Origin: an uncultured bacterium
Lineage (GTDB): Bacteria > Oederibacteriota > Oederibacteriia > Oederibacteriales > Oederibacteriaceae
Assembly (NCBI GenBank): GCA_965112635.1
Contig: OZ218778.1
Coordinates: 2,464,001-2,528,000 of the forward strand
Reading direction: 5' to 3'
Length of the DNA: 64,000 nt
Under the pieces are notes generated by a model. It searched no databases and was not told the origin of the DNA. It was given only the letters and a program-made list of their open reading frames with translations. How positions within the stretch are numbered: position 1 is the stretch's first letter; each line of letters starts with the position of its first letter. Shown here one piece after another: positions 10,446 to 19,727 of the stretch. A program made the translations under genes and the position numbers.

Positions 10446-12320
10446 ATGACTTTTAGGAAAGCATTGGCGCTCACGGCTTATGCCGTTTTTTTATTCCCCT
10501 CTTTGATCGGGGCAAGCGGCGGACCGACTTCAGGCGCGGATTTTCTGAGCATGGATGAAGGTGGCCGGGCCATCGGCATGGCAGGCGCCTACACGGCCAT
10601 CGCCACGGATTCTTTGGCTACCTACTGGAACCCGGCCGGCCTGGCCCAGATCCCCTGGTATGAAGTGACCCTCCAGCACAACCAGTGGATCCAAGATTTG
10701 AGTTATGAGTATGTGTCCTTTGGCATGCCCCTGTGGCGCTACGGCGGCCTGGGCATCAGCGCCACCATGCTGTATATGCCCAGCTTTAACAACGACCCGG
10801 CCAACCTCACGGACGCCAATGCCCAGGATATCGCGGGTTCCTTGAGCTACGGCCAGAGGATATTTAACCCCATTGAGTTCGGCTTTACCGCCAAATATAT
10901 CCAGCGCACCCTCTTGAATTACACCGCCACGGCCTATGCCGGCGATGTGGGCTTGCATGCCGACCTGTTCGACAATTTCCAGTTCGGCGCCGCGGTGCAG
11001 AATATCGGCACCCCGGTCACCTTTATCAGCGAAGCCGACCCCCTGCCTCTCACCTACCGGGCCGGCCTGGCTTTTTACCTGGTTTCCGAAGACAACGACC
11101 TGACCATTGACGTGGACGGCGTGGAACCTGCCAACACCAATACCTTTTACGGCAGTGTGGGCGGCGAATTGACCCTTTACAACCAGATGGCCCTGCGCGG
11201 CGGCTATCATTTTAACCGGGATATCAACACCTACGCCGTGGGCGTGGGCCTCAAAGAACCAACCCTGATCTTGGATGTATTTTATGACCCCCTGGTCAAT
11301 CTGGGAGACAGTTATGGCGCCAGTCTGACCATCCGTTTTGGCGAGGGCGTGGAGTACATGAAAAAAGGCCTCCTGCTCCCTCCCAGCGGCCTGGTGGCCG
11401 AGGCCGGCAAGGAAAAACTCTTTCTCCATTGGGACCAGGCCAAATACCGCGAGTTCTGGGGATACAACGTTTACTATGCCGTGGCTTTTGGCAAAACTTT
11501 CCACAGGATCAACAAAGTCCGCCTGATGGACAATGACCTCATCATCAAAAAAGTCCCGGCAGAGGAAAAGTTCATCTACGCGGTCTCGGTCCTGATCGGT
11601 GAGAATGGCGAGAATGAAAGCGACCTGTCCATGCCTGTCCGGGTCATCGCCGAAAAGCTCCCTCCTGCCAAACCCACGGAAGTCTCAGTGGTTCCCATGG
11701 ATGGCGGCGCCAGGATCCAGTGGAAACCCAGCCAGGAGCCGGGCGTGACCGGCTACAATGTTTATGTGAAACGCATGCTCGGCGAAACACCCCAAAAACT
11801 CAACATTGACATGCTCCGCGACCACTTCTTCATCGCGCAGGGACTCAAGAACGATACCCCTTATTATTTCAGCGTCACCACGGTAAACGGCAACCACAAG
11901 CCTCCCCTGGAAAGCGATTTCTCCGAGGATGTATCCGCGGTTCCCGCTTCCATTTACGCCACCAAGACCAGCACGCCCACGATCACCAGGACTTCCACCC
12001 CTACCCTGACCCCCACTCCAGAACCGCCCAAGGTCAGCGCTCCTCAGGGGCTTGATATCACGCAGGACAAAACAGCCATTATCCTGAGCTGGAATGGAAA
12101 TCCGCCTACTGACGCCATCCTCGGATACTTTGTCTACTACAGCAACAAACCGGACTCCAATTTCTACCGCATCAACTCCTCGCCTCTCAACCAGGTCAGC
12201 TTGCGTCTCAAAAAGGGCCACCTCCAACAGGGGAAAACCTATTATTATGCCATTACGGCCGTGGGCCTGGACGGCAGGGAGAGCAACAAATCAGCAATAG
12301 TAGGCGTAGTGATCAGATAG
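10446..12320 (+). CDS. PorV/PorQ-family outer-membrane barrel fused to three fibronectin type III domains
   Basis: GADFLSMDEGGRAIGMAGAYTAIATDSLATYWNPAGLA is the PorV/FadL-like N-terminal motif. Three P..l.......l.W......GYnVY FN3 units follow the barrel. Confidence 0.85.
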   Translation: MTFRKALALTAYAVFLFPSLIGASGGPTSGADFLSMDEGGRAIGMAGAYTAIATDSLATYWNPAGLAQIPWYEVTLQHNQWIQDLSYEYVSFGMPLWRYGGLGISATMLYMPSFNNDPANLTDANAQDIAGSLSYGQRIFNPIEFGFTAKYIQRTLLNYTATAYAGDVGLHADLFDNFQFGAAVQNIGTPVTFISEADPLPLTYRAGLAFYLVSEDNDLTIDVDGVEPANTNTFYGSVGGELTLYNQMALRGGYHFNRDINTYAVGVGLKEPTLILDVFYDPLVNLGDSYGASLTIRFGEGVEYMKKGLLLPPSGLVAEAGKEKLFLHWDQAKYREFWGYNVYYAVAFGKTFHRINKVRLMDNDLIIKKVPAEEKFIYAVSVLIGENGENESDLSMPVRVIAEKLPPAKPTEVSVVPMDGGARIQWKPSQEPGVTGYNVYVKRMLGETPQKLNIDMLRDHFFIAQGLKNDTPYYFSVTTVNGNHKPPLESDFSEDVSAVPASIYATKTSTPTITRTSTPTLTPTPEPPKVSAPQGLDITQDKTAIILSWNGNPPTDAILGYFVYYSNKPDSNFYRINSSPLNQVSLRLKKGHLQQGKTYYYAITAVGLDGRESNKSAIVGVVIR

Positions 12321-12420
12321 AACTAACATACTGGCCTTTCATTCTTTTTCCTTTTGAACCCCATAAAATCCTCCTATAATGGTCTTGCGCAATACCCATT
12401 TGGAGGGAAATGTCAAAGTA

Positions 12421-13287
12421 ATGAAAAGAATACTGCTCGTTTTATTTTATTTTTCTATCCTTGCCCTGGGTGGATGTGGCGAAAAGATCCCCCCGCTAGG
12501 GACCTTTGCCTATGTACAGGGTGTTGTTCTTATCCAGCGCCAAAATTCCTCGCTCTTCCAGCCTGTCAAAACCGGCGACCCAGTCTATGATTCCGAGACC
12601 GTTAAAACAGCTCTGCATTCTGCCGCTGGGCTCTTCTTTGCCGGCGGAGTAAAGGTCAGCCTTGGGGAGAATACCCAGATGTTGGCCCCTGGCTTCGAAA
12701 GGAACGAAACCCGCCCCACCCTGGTCAAAGTCCTGCATCTCCTGACCGGAAAACTGTGGGCCAAGCTGACCCATCGGCCCGAGCCCTTTGAGATCAGGAC
12801 TAGAGATGGCATCATCGCGGTGAAAGGCACGGTGTTCCAGGCCGAAACCGCGCCGGCCGGCAAGACCACGCTCACGGTCTTTGAGGGTTTGGTGGAATTC
12901 GGTAATAATGCCGGCAAGGTCGCAGTGCCGGCCGGCCGCCAGAGTTCAGCGACGGCCTCCTCGGCCCCCCAACCTCCGGTAAAAGTGGACCTGAACAAAG
13001 TCGGGATTCCCGCCGGGCCGCCTGAGTTTTACCTAGAACCCCAGACTCCTACTCTGGCCCTTTCTCCGACCCCTGCCCCCAAAGCGGGCTTCATGCCGAC
13101 TAAGAAAACGGCTGAAAAAGCAGCGCCTCAGGGGAGTCCCCAGAAAGCCACGGTTGAAATAACCGCGACGCCTGTTGAAGGTACGAAAAATTCACAGAAA
13201 GATGTCCTCAACCAGTTGGACCAAGTCAGGCAGAATGCCCGTCAACATCTTCAGAATTATAAGGAGAGCCAGACCCCCCAACCCTGA
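12421..13287 (+). CDS. FecR-domain lipoprotein
   Basis: Lipobox LALGGC. FecR motifs VSLGENTQM, LLTGKLWA and FEIRTRDGIIAVKGTVF..LTVFEGLVEF. ATG 12421 preferred over 12379. Confidence 0.75.
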   Translation: MKRILLVLFYFSILALGGCGEKIPPLGTFAYVQGVVLIQRQNSSLFQPVKTGDPVYDSETVKTALHSAAGLFFAGGVKVSLGENTQMLAPGFERNETRPTLVKVLHLLTGKLWAKLTHRPEPFEIRTRDGIIAVKGTVFQAETAPAGKTTLTVFEGLVEFGNNAGKVAVPAGRQSSATASSAPQPPVKVDLNKVGIPAGPPEFYLEPQTPTLALSPTPAPKAGFMPTKKTAEKAAPQGSPQKATVEITATPVEGTKNSQKDVLNQLDQVRQNARQHLQNYKESQTPQP

Positions 13288-13370
13288 GTGAGCATGTCCT
13301 AGTAACGCACATAATAGGTGAAAAATAGGAAGCTAGCTTTAGGAACCATTGGGAAGGAATCGATTAGGGC

Positions 13371-13619
13371 TTAATGACAACCGCAAGAGCCGCAGGAACC
13401 GCCGGAGCAGGAACCGCAGCCAGAAGAAGAAGATCTGGACCCGCTGCCGCCGGATGAGGAAGAGGGGCCGATAAACGCCATGCTGGTGAATATCTGGGCC
13501 ACATCTTTGCTGCCGCATTGGGAACAGGTCACATCCAGCCCTTTATCTTTTTCAGCAAAAGAAGCGCTGACCTCGGTAACCTGGGAACATTTTTTACATG
13601 CGTATTCATAAACTGCCAT
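13371..13619 (-). CDS. FmdB-family zinc-ribbon protein
   Basis: MAVYEYACKKC...CSQCGS with a Gly/Ser/Cys tail. Confidence 0.85.
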   Translation of the reverse strand: MAVYEYACKKCSQVTEVSASFAEKDKGLDVTCSQCGSKDVAQIFTSMAFIGPSSSSGGSGSRSSSSGCGSCSGGSCGSCGCH

Positions 13620-13646
13620 AATTTAACCAACCTCTAACGGGGTATT

Positions 13647-16600
13647 TTACTGTTTGATTTGTCCTTGCTCTTCAGTCAGCCTTTTTTGTTCCAGGGCCTC
13701 AGCCAGCCTGTCCTCATGGGCATGCCGGCTTTCCAAAGGCGCCACCACGCTGTAGAAACAGGGCACTACAAACAAAGTAAAAAAAGTGGAAACCAGCACC
13801 CCTCCGATAATGACCGTGGCCATGGGGATCTGGGTTTCGCATCCATCACCGCGCGACATTGCCGCAGGCACAGCCGCTGCAATGACAGCCACGGAAGTCA
13901 TCAGGATGGGCCTGAAACGGATGGGGCACGCTTCCAACAAAGCATCATGGGGATTTAATTTTTTCTTCTGCCTGACCTCGTTGGTAAAATCCACCAGCAT
14001 GATGGAGTTCTTTTTCACAATACCCATGAGCAGGATAAGGCCGATCAGGCTATAGATATTTAGGGACAGTTGGTCGGGAGATAGTCCCAAGGGATGCGAA
14101 AGCCACAAAGCCAGAAAAGCCCCGGAAAGGCTGAACGGGAGCGCCATCAGCACGGTAAAGGGGTCCACAAAACTGTTGAACTGGCTCGCCAGCACCATGT
14201 AGGCGCATATCACACCCAGGAGCAGGGCGAAAATGAGATTATTAAAAGAATCCTTGAACGCCGTGGAACCCGAGCTCAAAGCGATGTAATATCCTTTGGG
14301 CAGGATCTTTTTAGCAAGCTCCTGTGTCTTAGCCAGAGCGTCGGGCTGGGACTTGCCGCTGGTTACATTGGCATAAATGGTGACAGTGCGCTGGCGCTTT
14401 TGCCGGTTGATCTGCTGCAAGGCGTCGCGTTTGGTCAGGGTTACTACATCCGACAAGGGCACCACCTCACCCCGGTTGTTCCTAACCAAAAGGTCATTGA
14501 TCTGTTCCTGTTTGGTGCGCTGGTCCGGGACAAGCCTGACCCGGATGTCATCCTCATGCCCGGAACGCGGATACTGGCCTACCTTTTCGCCACCCACCAT
14601 GGCATTGACCACCTGGGCAATGGTAGACACACTGACTCCGTGCTGTGCGGCTTTATACCGGTCCGGCACTACATCCACTTCCGGCATGCCGGAAAGGTAA
14701 TCCGTATCCACATCGGTCATCATTCCGCTGTCCGACATGGCCTGTTTCAGCTGAACACTGTACTGGGCCAGCTTGTCCCAATCATCCCCTCGCACCGCGA
14801 TCTCGATGGGGAAACCCCGTCCTGTGGAAAATCCGCGTTGGGAAAGGTCCAGGATAAAAGCCTGAAAATCAGGGATCTTATTGAGGGCCTTTCGGCAGAT
14901 CTGCATTTGTTCCTGCTGGCTCAGCTGGTGGTGCAAAACCGGGTCCACCGGACGCTGACCCTTGGGTTTCATGGTCACGAAGACAAAACCTTGGTTCAAT
15001 TGCCCGCCCGTATTGCCCCCTATGGAAACGTAATATCCCTCCAGAGCTTTTTGGGTGGAAAAAAATTTCTCCATTTCTTTACATTTGGCATCCGTATAAT
15101 CCAGGGAAGCCCACACCGGAGTTTTAATGGTAAGAATAAAAACAGCCTGGTCTTGAGGCGGAATAAGTTCTTTTCTTAGAAATACGGCCACGGTCATGGA
15201 ACCCAAAGCAATGAGCAAAGCCGCGATGAGCGTCGTCCAGCGGTAATTCAGGACCCTCTGCAGCCCTTTTCTGTAAGCCCCTGCCGTAGCACGAAACGCC
15301 TGGTCCACAAAATGGCCGAATCTGGACGTCCTTGCCCCGGAGGACACAAAGGAGGAGCAACGCATAGGGGTGAGGGTCAGTGCTTCCAAAAGCGATAAAA
15401 GTACCGCGGCCACCACGGTGACGCCGAACTGGTAAAAATATTTTCCTATGATCCCCTGCATAAAAGCCACGGGCAGGAAAATGGCCACAATGGCCAGGGA
15501 CGTAGCCATAGCCGCAAAAGTGATCTGGCGTGCTCCGTCCATAGCCGCAAGCACTTTACTCTTGCCCATTTCCTGGTGCCGAATGATATTTTCCAGGACC
15601 ATGATGGCATCATCCACGACAATTCCCACGGAAAGGCTCAAACCCAGCAAGGTGAAGGTATTAAGTGTAAAACCAGAAAAATACAGAATGGTAAAAGCAC
15701 CGATGATGGAAGTGGGTATAGCCAAAAGAATGTTCAAAGTGGCGGTCCAGGATCCCAGGAAAATCCAGCACACAAAAGCTGTGGCCAGTCCGGCCAGGAT
15801 TAGGTTCTTGTTCAGGTCATGCACCGAATTCTGAATGAATTTGGTGCTGTCAAATCTGATCGACAACCTCATCCCCGCAGGAACGGTCTTGTTCAGTTCG
15901 ACCAGCTTCTTTTTGACGGCCTGGGCCACAGCCACGGCATTGGTTCCCCGCTGCTTAACAATCCCCATACCAATTGCCGGGGCACCGTTGGAACGGCTGA
16001 GACTCAGCCTGTCGGCCAGTCCTTCTTCCACGGTGGCCACTTTTCTAAGAGGGATGGGGTGATAGTTCGGTCCGCCTCCGCGGAGATTGATATACATGTC
16101 CCCAAATTCCTTAACGCTCTCTGTTTGTCCCATGGTGCGCACATTGGAATCTTTCACGAGGGTTTCCAGTAGGCCGCTGGGCAACTCCACATGTTCGCTC
16201 TGGATGGTATTGATAACATCCGGAGCCGTTAATTCATATTGTTTAAGTTTTTTGCCATCCATCCACACGCGTAGATTGGGGTCAAGATACCCGCCCAGCC
16301 TGACTTGGCCTACACCATCCACGCTGGCGAACTGGTCCTGCAGCACGTCATGCTCATAGATCATCATGTCGCGCAAACTGACCTTGGGGTCTGTGGCGCC
16401 CAGAGCAACCCAGACAATGGGCTGGTCGTCAGGATTGGTCTTGTTGTATTGGGGAGGATCCATTTGCGTGGGCAGCTGTCTTTGCACGCCGACCACGGCA
16501 TTTTGAACATCGGCCAAAGCTGAGTCGATATTGCGGCTCAAACTGAAAGTAACCGTGATCGTGGCTAATCCTTCCCTGCTCTGGGAAGTGATGTCCTGGA

Positions 16601-16829
16601 CACCTTCCACCTGCAGAACAGCTCCTTCAATAGGGTCCACCACATCGGTTTCCATGGTTTCCGGCGCCGCCCCCTCGTCTGTCAGGGTAATGTTGACGAC
16701 CGGGAAGTCCACGTCCGGCAGCTGGCTGATTCCCATGCGGTTGAAAGAAATGGCCCCAAAAATGATCAGGCCCCCCATGAGCATCCAGGCAAAAACCGGG
16801 TTCTTTATGGAAACATCTGAAAGCGTCAT
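13647..16829 (-). CDS. RND efflux permease (AcrB/MdtC family)
   Basis: 1060 aa. LPDVDFPVV, GIVVDDAIMVLENI, GIVKKNSIMLVDF and RFRPILMTS motifs. Confidence 0.95.
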   Translation of the reverse strand: MTLSDVSIKNPVFAWMLMGGLIIFGAISFNRMGISQLPDVDFPVVNITLTDEGAAPETMETDVVDPIEGAVLQVEGVQDITSQSREGLATITVTFSLSRNIDSALADVQNAVVGVQRQLPTQMDPPQYNKTNPDDQPIVWVALGATDPKVSLRDMMIYEHDVLQDQFASVDGVGQVRLGGYLDPNLRVWMDGKKLKQYELTAPDVINTIQSEHVELPSGLLETLVKDSNVRTMGQTESVKEFGDMYINLRGGGPNYHPIPLRKVATVEEGLADRLSLSRSNGAPAIGMGIVKQRGTNAVAVAQAVKKKLVELNKTVPAGMRLSIRFDSTKFIQNSVHDLNKNLILAGLATAFVCWIFLGSWTATLNILLAIPTSIIGAFTILYFSGFTLNTFTLLGLSLSVGIVVDDAIMVLENIIRHQEMGKSKVLAAMDGARQITFAAMATSLAIVAIFLPVAFMQGIIGKYFYQFGVTVVAAVLLSLLEALTLTPMRCSSFVSSGARTSRFGHFVDQAFRATAGAYRKGLQRVLNYRWTTLIAALLIALGSMTVAVFLRKELIPPQDQAVFILTIKTPVWASLDYTDAKCKEMEKFFSTQKALEGYYVSIGGNTGGQLNQGFVFVTMKPKGQRPVDPVLHHQLSQQEQMQICRKALNKIPDFQAFILDLSQRGFSTGRGFPIEIAVRGDDWDKLAQYSVQLKQAMSDSGMMTDVDTDYLSGMPEVDVVPDRYKAAQHGVSVSTIAQVVNAMVGGEKVGQYPRSGHEDDIRVRLVPDQRTKQEQINDLLVRNNRGEVVPLSDVVTLTKRDALQQINRQKRQRTVTIYANVTSGKSQPDALAKTQELAKKILPKGYYIALSSGSTAFKDSFNNLIFALLLGVICAYMVLASQFNSFVDPFTVLMALPFSLSGAFLALWLSHPLGLSPDQLSLNIYSLIGLILLMGIVKKNSIMLVDFTNEVRQKKKLNPHDALLEACPIRFRPILMTSVAVIAAAVPAAMSRGDGCETQIPMATVIIGGVLVSTFFTLFVVPCFYSVVAPLESRHAHEDRLAEALEQKRLTEEQGQIKQ

Positions 16830-18106
16830 TTCCTATTCTCCTCTATCCAATCCAGCCGGCCCGCGGTATCTGCCTGCAAACGGTTGTAGTCGATCTTGGC
16901 CGAGTAACGGATCTTTTCCAGGGCTCTCTGGGCATCCACAAAAGAAGTCAGGGCTACCAGCACATCCAGGTTGGTCACTAGGCCGTTATTATAATCTTTT
17001 AGATTGGCCTTATAATTCTTCTCGTTAATTTCAACGGAATTTTGATACATCGTTAATTGGGACAAATCGGATTTCAAATTTTTATAATCTGTGCGTATAT
17101 TCTCAATAGCCATCCTCTCCACGCTGCTCAGGGCCTGCTCGCTCTGTCTTTCCTGGGAATCCGCTATTTTATCGTTGGCGGAAAGGACCCATCCGGTGAA
17201 GATCGGCAGGGTCACCACGATCTCGGCATCCCAGGCCACGTTTTGCAGCAGTCCGGGACGCTGGGGATAATAGTCCGCGATGGCATCTGCGGAAGGCAAA
17301 TGCGCTCCATTGGTAACTGTGATATTGTTTTTGGCCGCTTCTAGGTTTTTCTTGGCCGTAAGTACATCCGGTCTGTTATCCAACTTGGCTAAATAGGCTT
17401 CCAGAGGATCGGTCAAACTCGGCACCTCATCCATATCATTGAGCTGGATGTTTTCATCCAGACCGGTCAGGAAGGCCAGCACTTCTTTAGCTACCTCCAC
17501 CTGGTTGGACACCTGTTCCCTATTAGCCAGAAGGCTAGCCTGGGAAGCCTGTATTGTGAGGACTTCCGTGAGCCTGGAACGGCCTATCTCTACCCTGTCC
17601 TGTAGGTCTTTGATCCTTTTCTGGTACAGATCAAGCTCGCTATCCACGACCGTGAGATCCTTTTGCACCGATAAGAGTGCATAGAAACCTTGCGCTACAT
17701 CGCTATAAAGTTGCAACCCTGCCCACTCATAGGCTTGCTTTTGAGCTGTGATGAGTTTCCCGGTCTGGTCCAACGCCGCGTACTCTCTAAAGCCCCTGAA
17801 TAATGGTTGATCTGCTGTCACCTTGAGGGTGTTTTGCCATGCAGGTTGCGAGGCGCCGATAACGCTGGTTATCTGACTGGGATCCTGTACAAAACCAAGA
17901 TAAGAGGCATAGACATTGGGCATGATACTGCCCCAAGCCTGACTAAAATGTTCCTCAGCCTGGACCACGAACTCCTGCTGTGTGGCCAAAACCTCGCTCC
18001 TCTTCAAAGCTGCCTTAAAGCAGTCCTGCAGGGTCAGGGGCGCTGCGGCTGAAACCTGATAAGCGATCAACAAAGAAAAAAGGACCGATAACTTCGTCGA
18101 CTTCAT
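16826..18106 (-). CDS. TolC-family outer-membrane efflux protein
   Basis: Signal peptide, LTLQDCFKAAL, NRPDV and GLVTNLDVL. Start placed at ATG 18106 after an AGGGAG RBS. Stop overlaps the RND start. Confidence 0.9.
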   Translation of the reverse strand: MKSTKLSVLFSLLIAYQVSAAAPLTLQDCFKAALKRSEVLATQQEFVVQAEEHFSQAWGSIMPNVYASYLGFVQDPSQITSVIGASQPAWQNTLKVTADQPLFRGFREYAALDQTGKLITAQKQAYEWAGLQLYSDVAQGFYALLSVQKDLTVVDSELDLYQKRIKDLQDRVEIGRSRLTEVLTIQASQASLLANREQVSNQVEVAKEVLAFLTGLDENIQLNDMDEVPSLTDPLEAYLAKLDNRPDVLTAKKNLEAAKNNITVTNGAHLPSADAIADYYPQRPGLLQNVAWDAEIVVTLPIFTGWVLSANDKIADSQERQSEQALSSVERMAIENIRTDYKNLKSDLSQLTMYQNSVEINEKNYKANLKDYNNGLVTNLDVLVALTSFVDAQRALEKIRYSAKIDYNRLQADTAGRLDWIEENRK

Positions 18107-18243
18107 TATATATAGCTCCCTATAAAAGCCTGATAATTGCAAAACACTTTTTTGCCATACCTGCCCTCTATTGGCAATAGGAATTTTTTGAAAAAATCTG
18201 ACCCTATGATATTAACCGAGCACCCTATCAAAGGCTTCTCATT

Positions 18244-18263
18244 TTTGTACCAATTTGTACCAA
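18244..18263. repeat. Tandem 10-bp direct repeat TTTGTACCAA x2, candidate regulator site
   Basis: Two exact copies plus a degenerate third (TATGTATCC) in the divergent intergenic region. Confidence 0.4.
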
Positions 18264-18298
18264 TATGTATCCTGCTTGTGGAATAGCGACACCAAAAC

Positions 18299-18354
18299 TT
18301 GACAAAAACATACTACCACATTATTATGGATACATCTATAATAGATATGTCCAT
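18299..18354 (+). promoter_or_regulatory. Sigma70 promoter of marR-emrAB-tolC with overlapping MarR-type operator
   Basis: TTGACA-17 bp-TATTAT. Inverted repeat ATGGATACATCTA-taa-TAGATATGTCCAT (11/13 match) at 18326-18354. Confidence 0.7.
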
Positions 18355-18374
18355 TAAAATGGGATTGGATATTT

Positions 18375-18812
18375 ATGAAAACTGACGACATTCTAAAAAA
18401 AATTGTTTTTGTCCGAAGGGCAGCCTACCGGTTGTCCTCCCACCGTCTCAAGGCTCTGGAACTGAACCCCATCCAGGGCGGCTTTATCCGGCATCTCGCC
18501 CGGGAAGGCAAGCTGTCCCAAGCCGAGATATCCCGTTTGAGCGGATGCGACCCCGCGGCCACGGGTAAAACCATTGATTGTCTTATCAAACACAGATGGA
18601 TAGTCAAACATGACCATCCGACGGACCGTCGCCGCTCGGTAATTACCCTGAGTCCCAAAGGCAAAAAGGCGGACGCTAAAGTTATCAAGCATTTTGCCAG
18701 CGCTTCCAAGGAGATCCTTTCTCCTCTCAGCCAGAGCGAGGTCAAAGTTTTTTCAGCTTTACTGGACAAGATCATCCATAAACTTACAGCCAAACAGTCA
18801 ACTAATCCTTGA
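18375..18812 (+). CDS. MarR-family transcriptional regulator
   Basis: LSQAEISRL...IDCLIKHRWIVKHDHPTDRRRSVITLSPKG winged-helix motif. Confidence 0.92.
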   Translation: MKTDDILKKIVFVRRAAYRLSSHRLKALELNPIQGGFIRHLAREGKLSQAEISRLSGCDPAATGKTIDCLIKHRWIVKHDHPTDRRRSVITLSPKGKKADAKVIKHFASASKEILSPLSQSEVKVFSALLDKIIHKLTAKQSTNP

Positions 18813-18824
18813 AAGGAGCCATTA

Positions 18825-19703
18825 ATGCCTGGTGAAAATGCTCAGAATACATACCCTTCTGCAATACCCAATAATAATGGTAATAAACCTGACCCCTGGT
18901 GGAAACATCCCCGAGCCCGCTTGGCTGCCTGGATCACTCTAGGTGTCCTTTTTCTTTGTTTTTTGGTCTGGCTTTTCTTTTTCTTTCCTTATGTTTCTAC
19001 CAATGACGCCCGCATCGCCGCGACCATCATCCGGCTTGCTCCGGAAGCCCCGGCCGGCGGCCGTGTCTTGAAGATCAACGTGGATGAAGGCGACACGGTC
19101 CAAAAAGGCCAGGTCCTCCTGGAAATCGACCCGCGCGCGGCCCAGGCCCAGCTCCAACGGGCCCAGGCTCAGGCGGTTTTGACTGCAGCCAACCTTCGCC
19201 GGACCCAGCAGCTGGCCAATGAGAAAGGCGTCCCCCCCCGCGACCTGGATGTGGCCCGTGCCGCGGCCCAGACCGCCGAGGCCGACCTGAAGTTAGCCGA
19301 GTTGGCCCTGGAACGATGCAACCTCAAAAGTCCGGTCAATGGCATCGTGATCCAAAGGACCTCCGAGGTCGGTAATATTCTTGAACCCAACCAGACCGCC
19401 CTGACCCTGGCCGATATCGATACTGCCTGGGTTTCCTGCAATATTGAGGAGGGTTATGCGGGACGAGTCAAGCCGGACCAGCCGGTCAAGATTTCTGTGG
19501 ACGAAGGCGGCCGGATGACCGGGACTGTGGAAGAGACCGATGCCGCCTCCGCCGCCCAGTTCGCCCTCATTCCCGCGGAAAACCCTTCCGGGAACTATAT
19601 CAAGCTGGTCCAACGCATCCCGGTCAAGATCAAGCTCGACTCCCATCCCGACCTTAAGCTCAGGGTTGGGGAGTCGGTCGAGGTCAAGATTAAGGTTCAT
19701 TAA
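18825..19703 (+). CDS. EmrA/HlyD-family periplasmic adaptor
   Basis: One TM segment, YVSTNDA, lipoyl half-motifs and FALIPAENPSGNYIKLVQRIPVKI. Confidence 0.93.
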   Translation: MPGENAQNTYPSAIPNNNGNKPDPWWKHPRARLAAWITLGVLFLCFLVWLFFFFPYVSTNDARIAATIIRLAPEAPAGGRVLKINVDEGDTVQKGQVLLEIDPRAAQAQLQRAQAQAVLTAANLRRTQQLANEKGVPPRDLDVARAAAQTAEADLKLAELALERCNLKSPVNGIVIQRTSEVGNILEPNQTALTLADIDTAWVSCNIEEGYAGRVKPDQPVKISVDEGGRMTGTVEETDAASAAQFALIPAENPSGNYIKLVQRIPVKIKLDSHPDLKLRVGESVEVKIKVH

Positions 19704-19727
19704 GCCAACCCAGAAGGAAACACAAAA

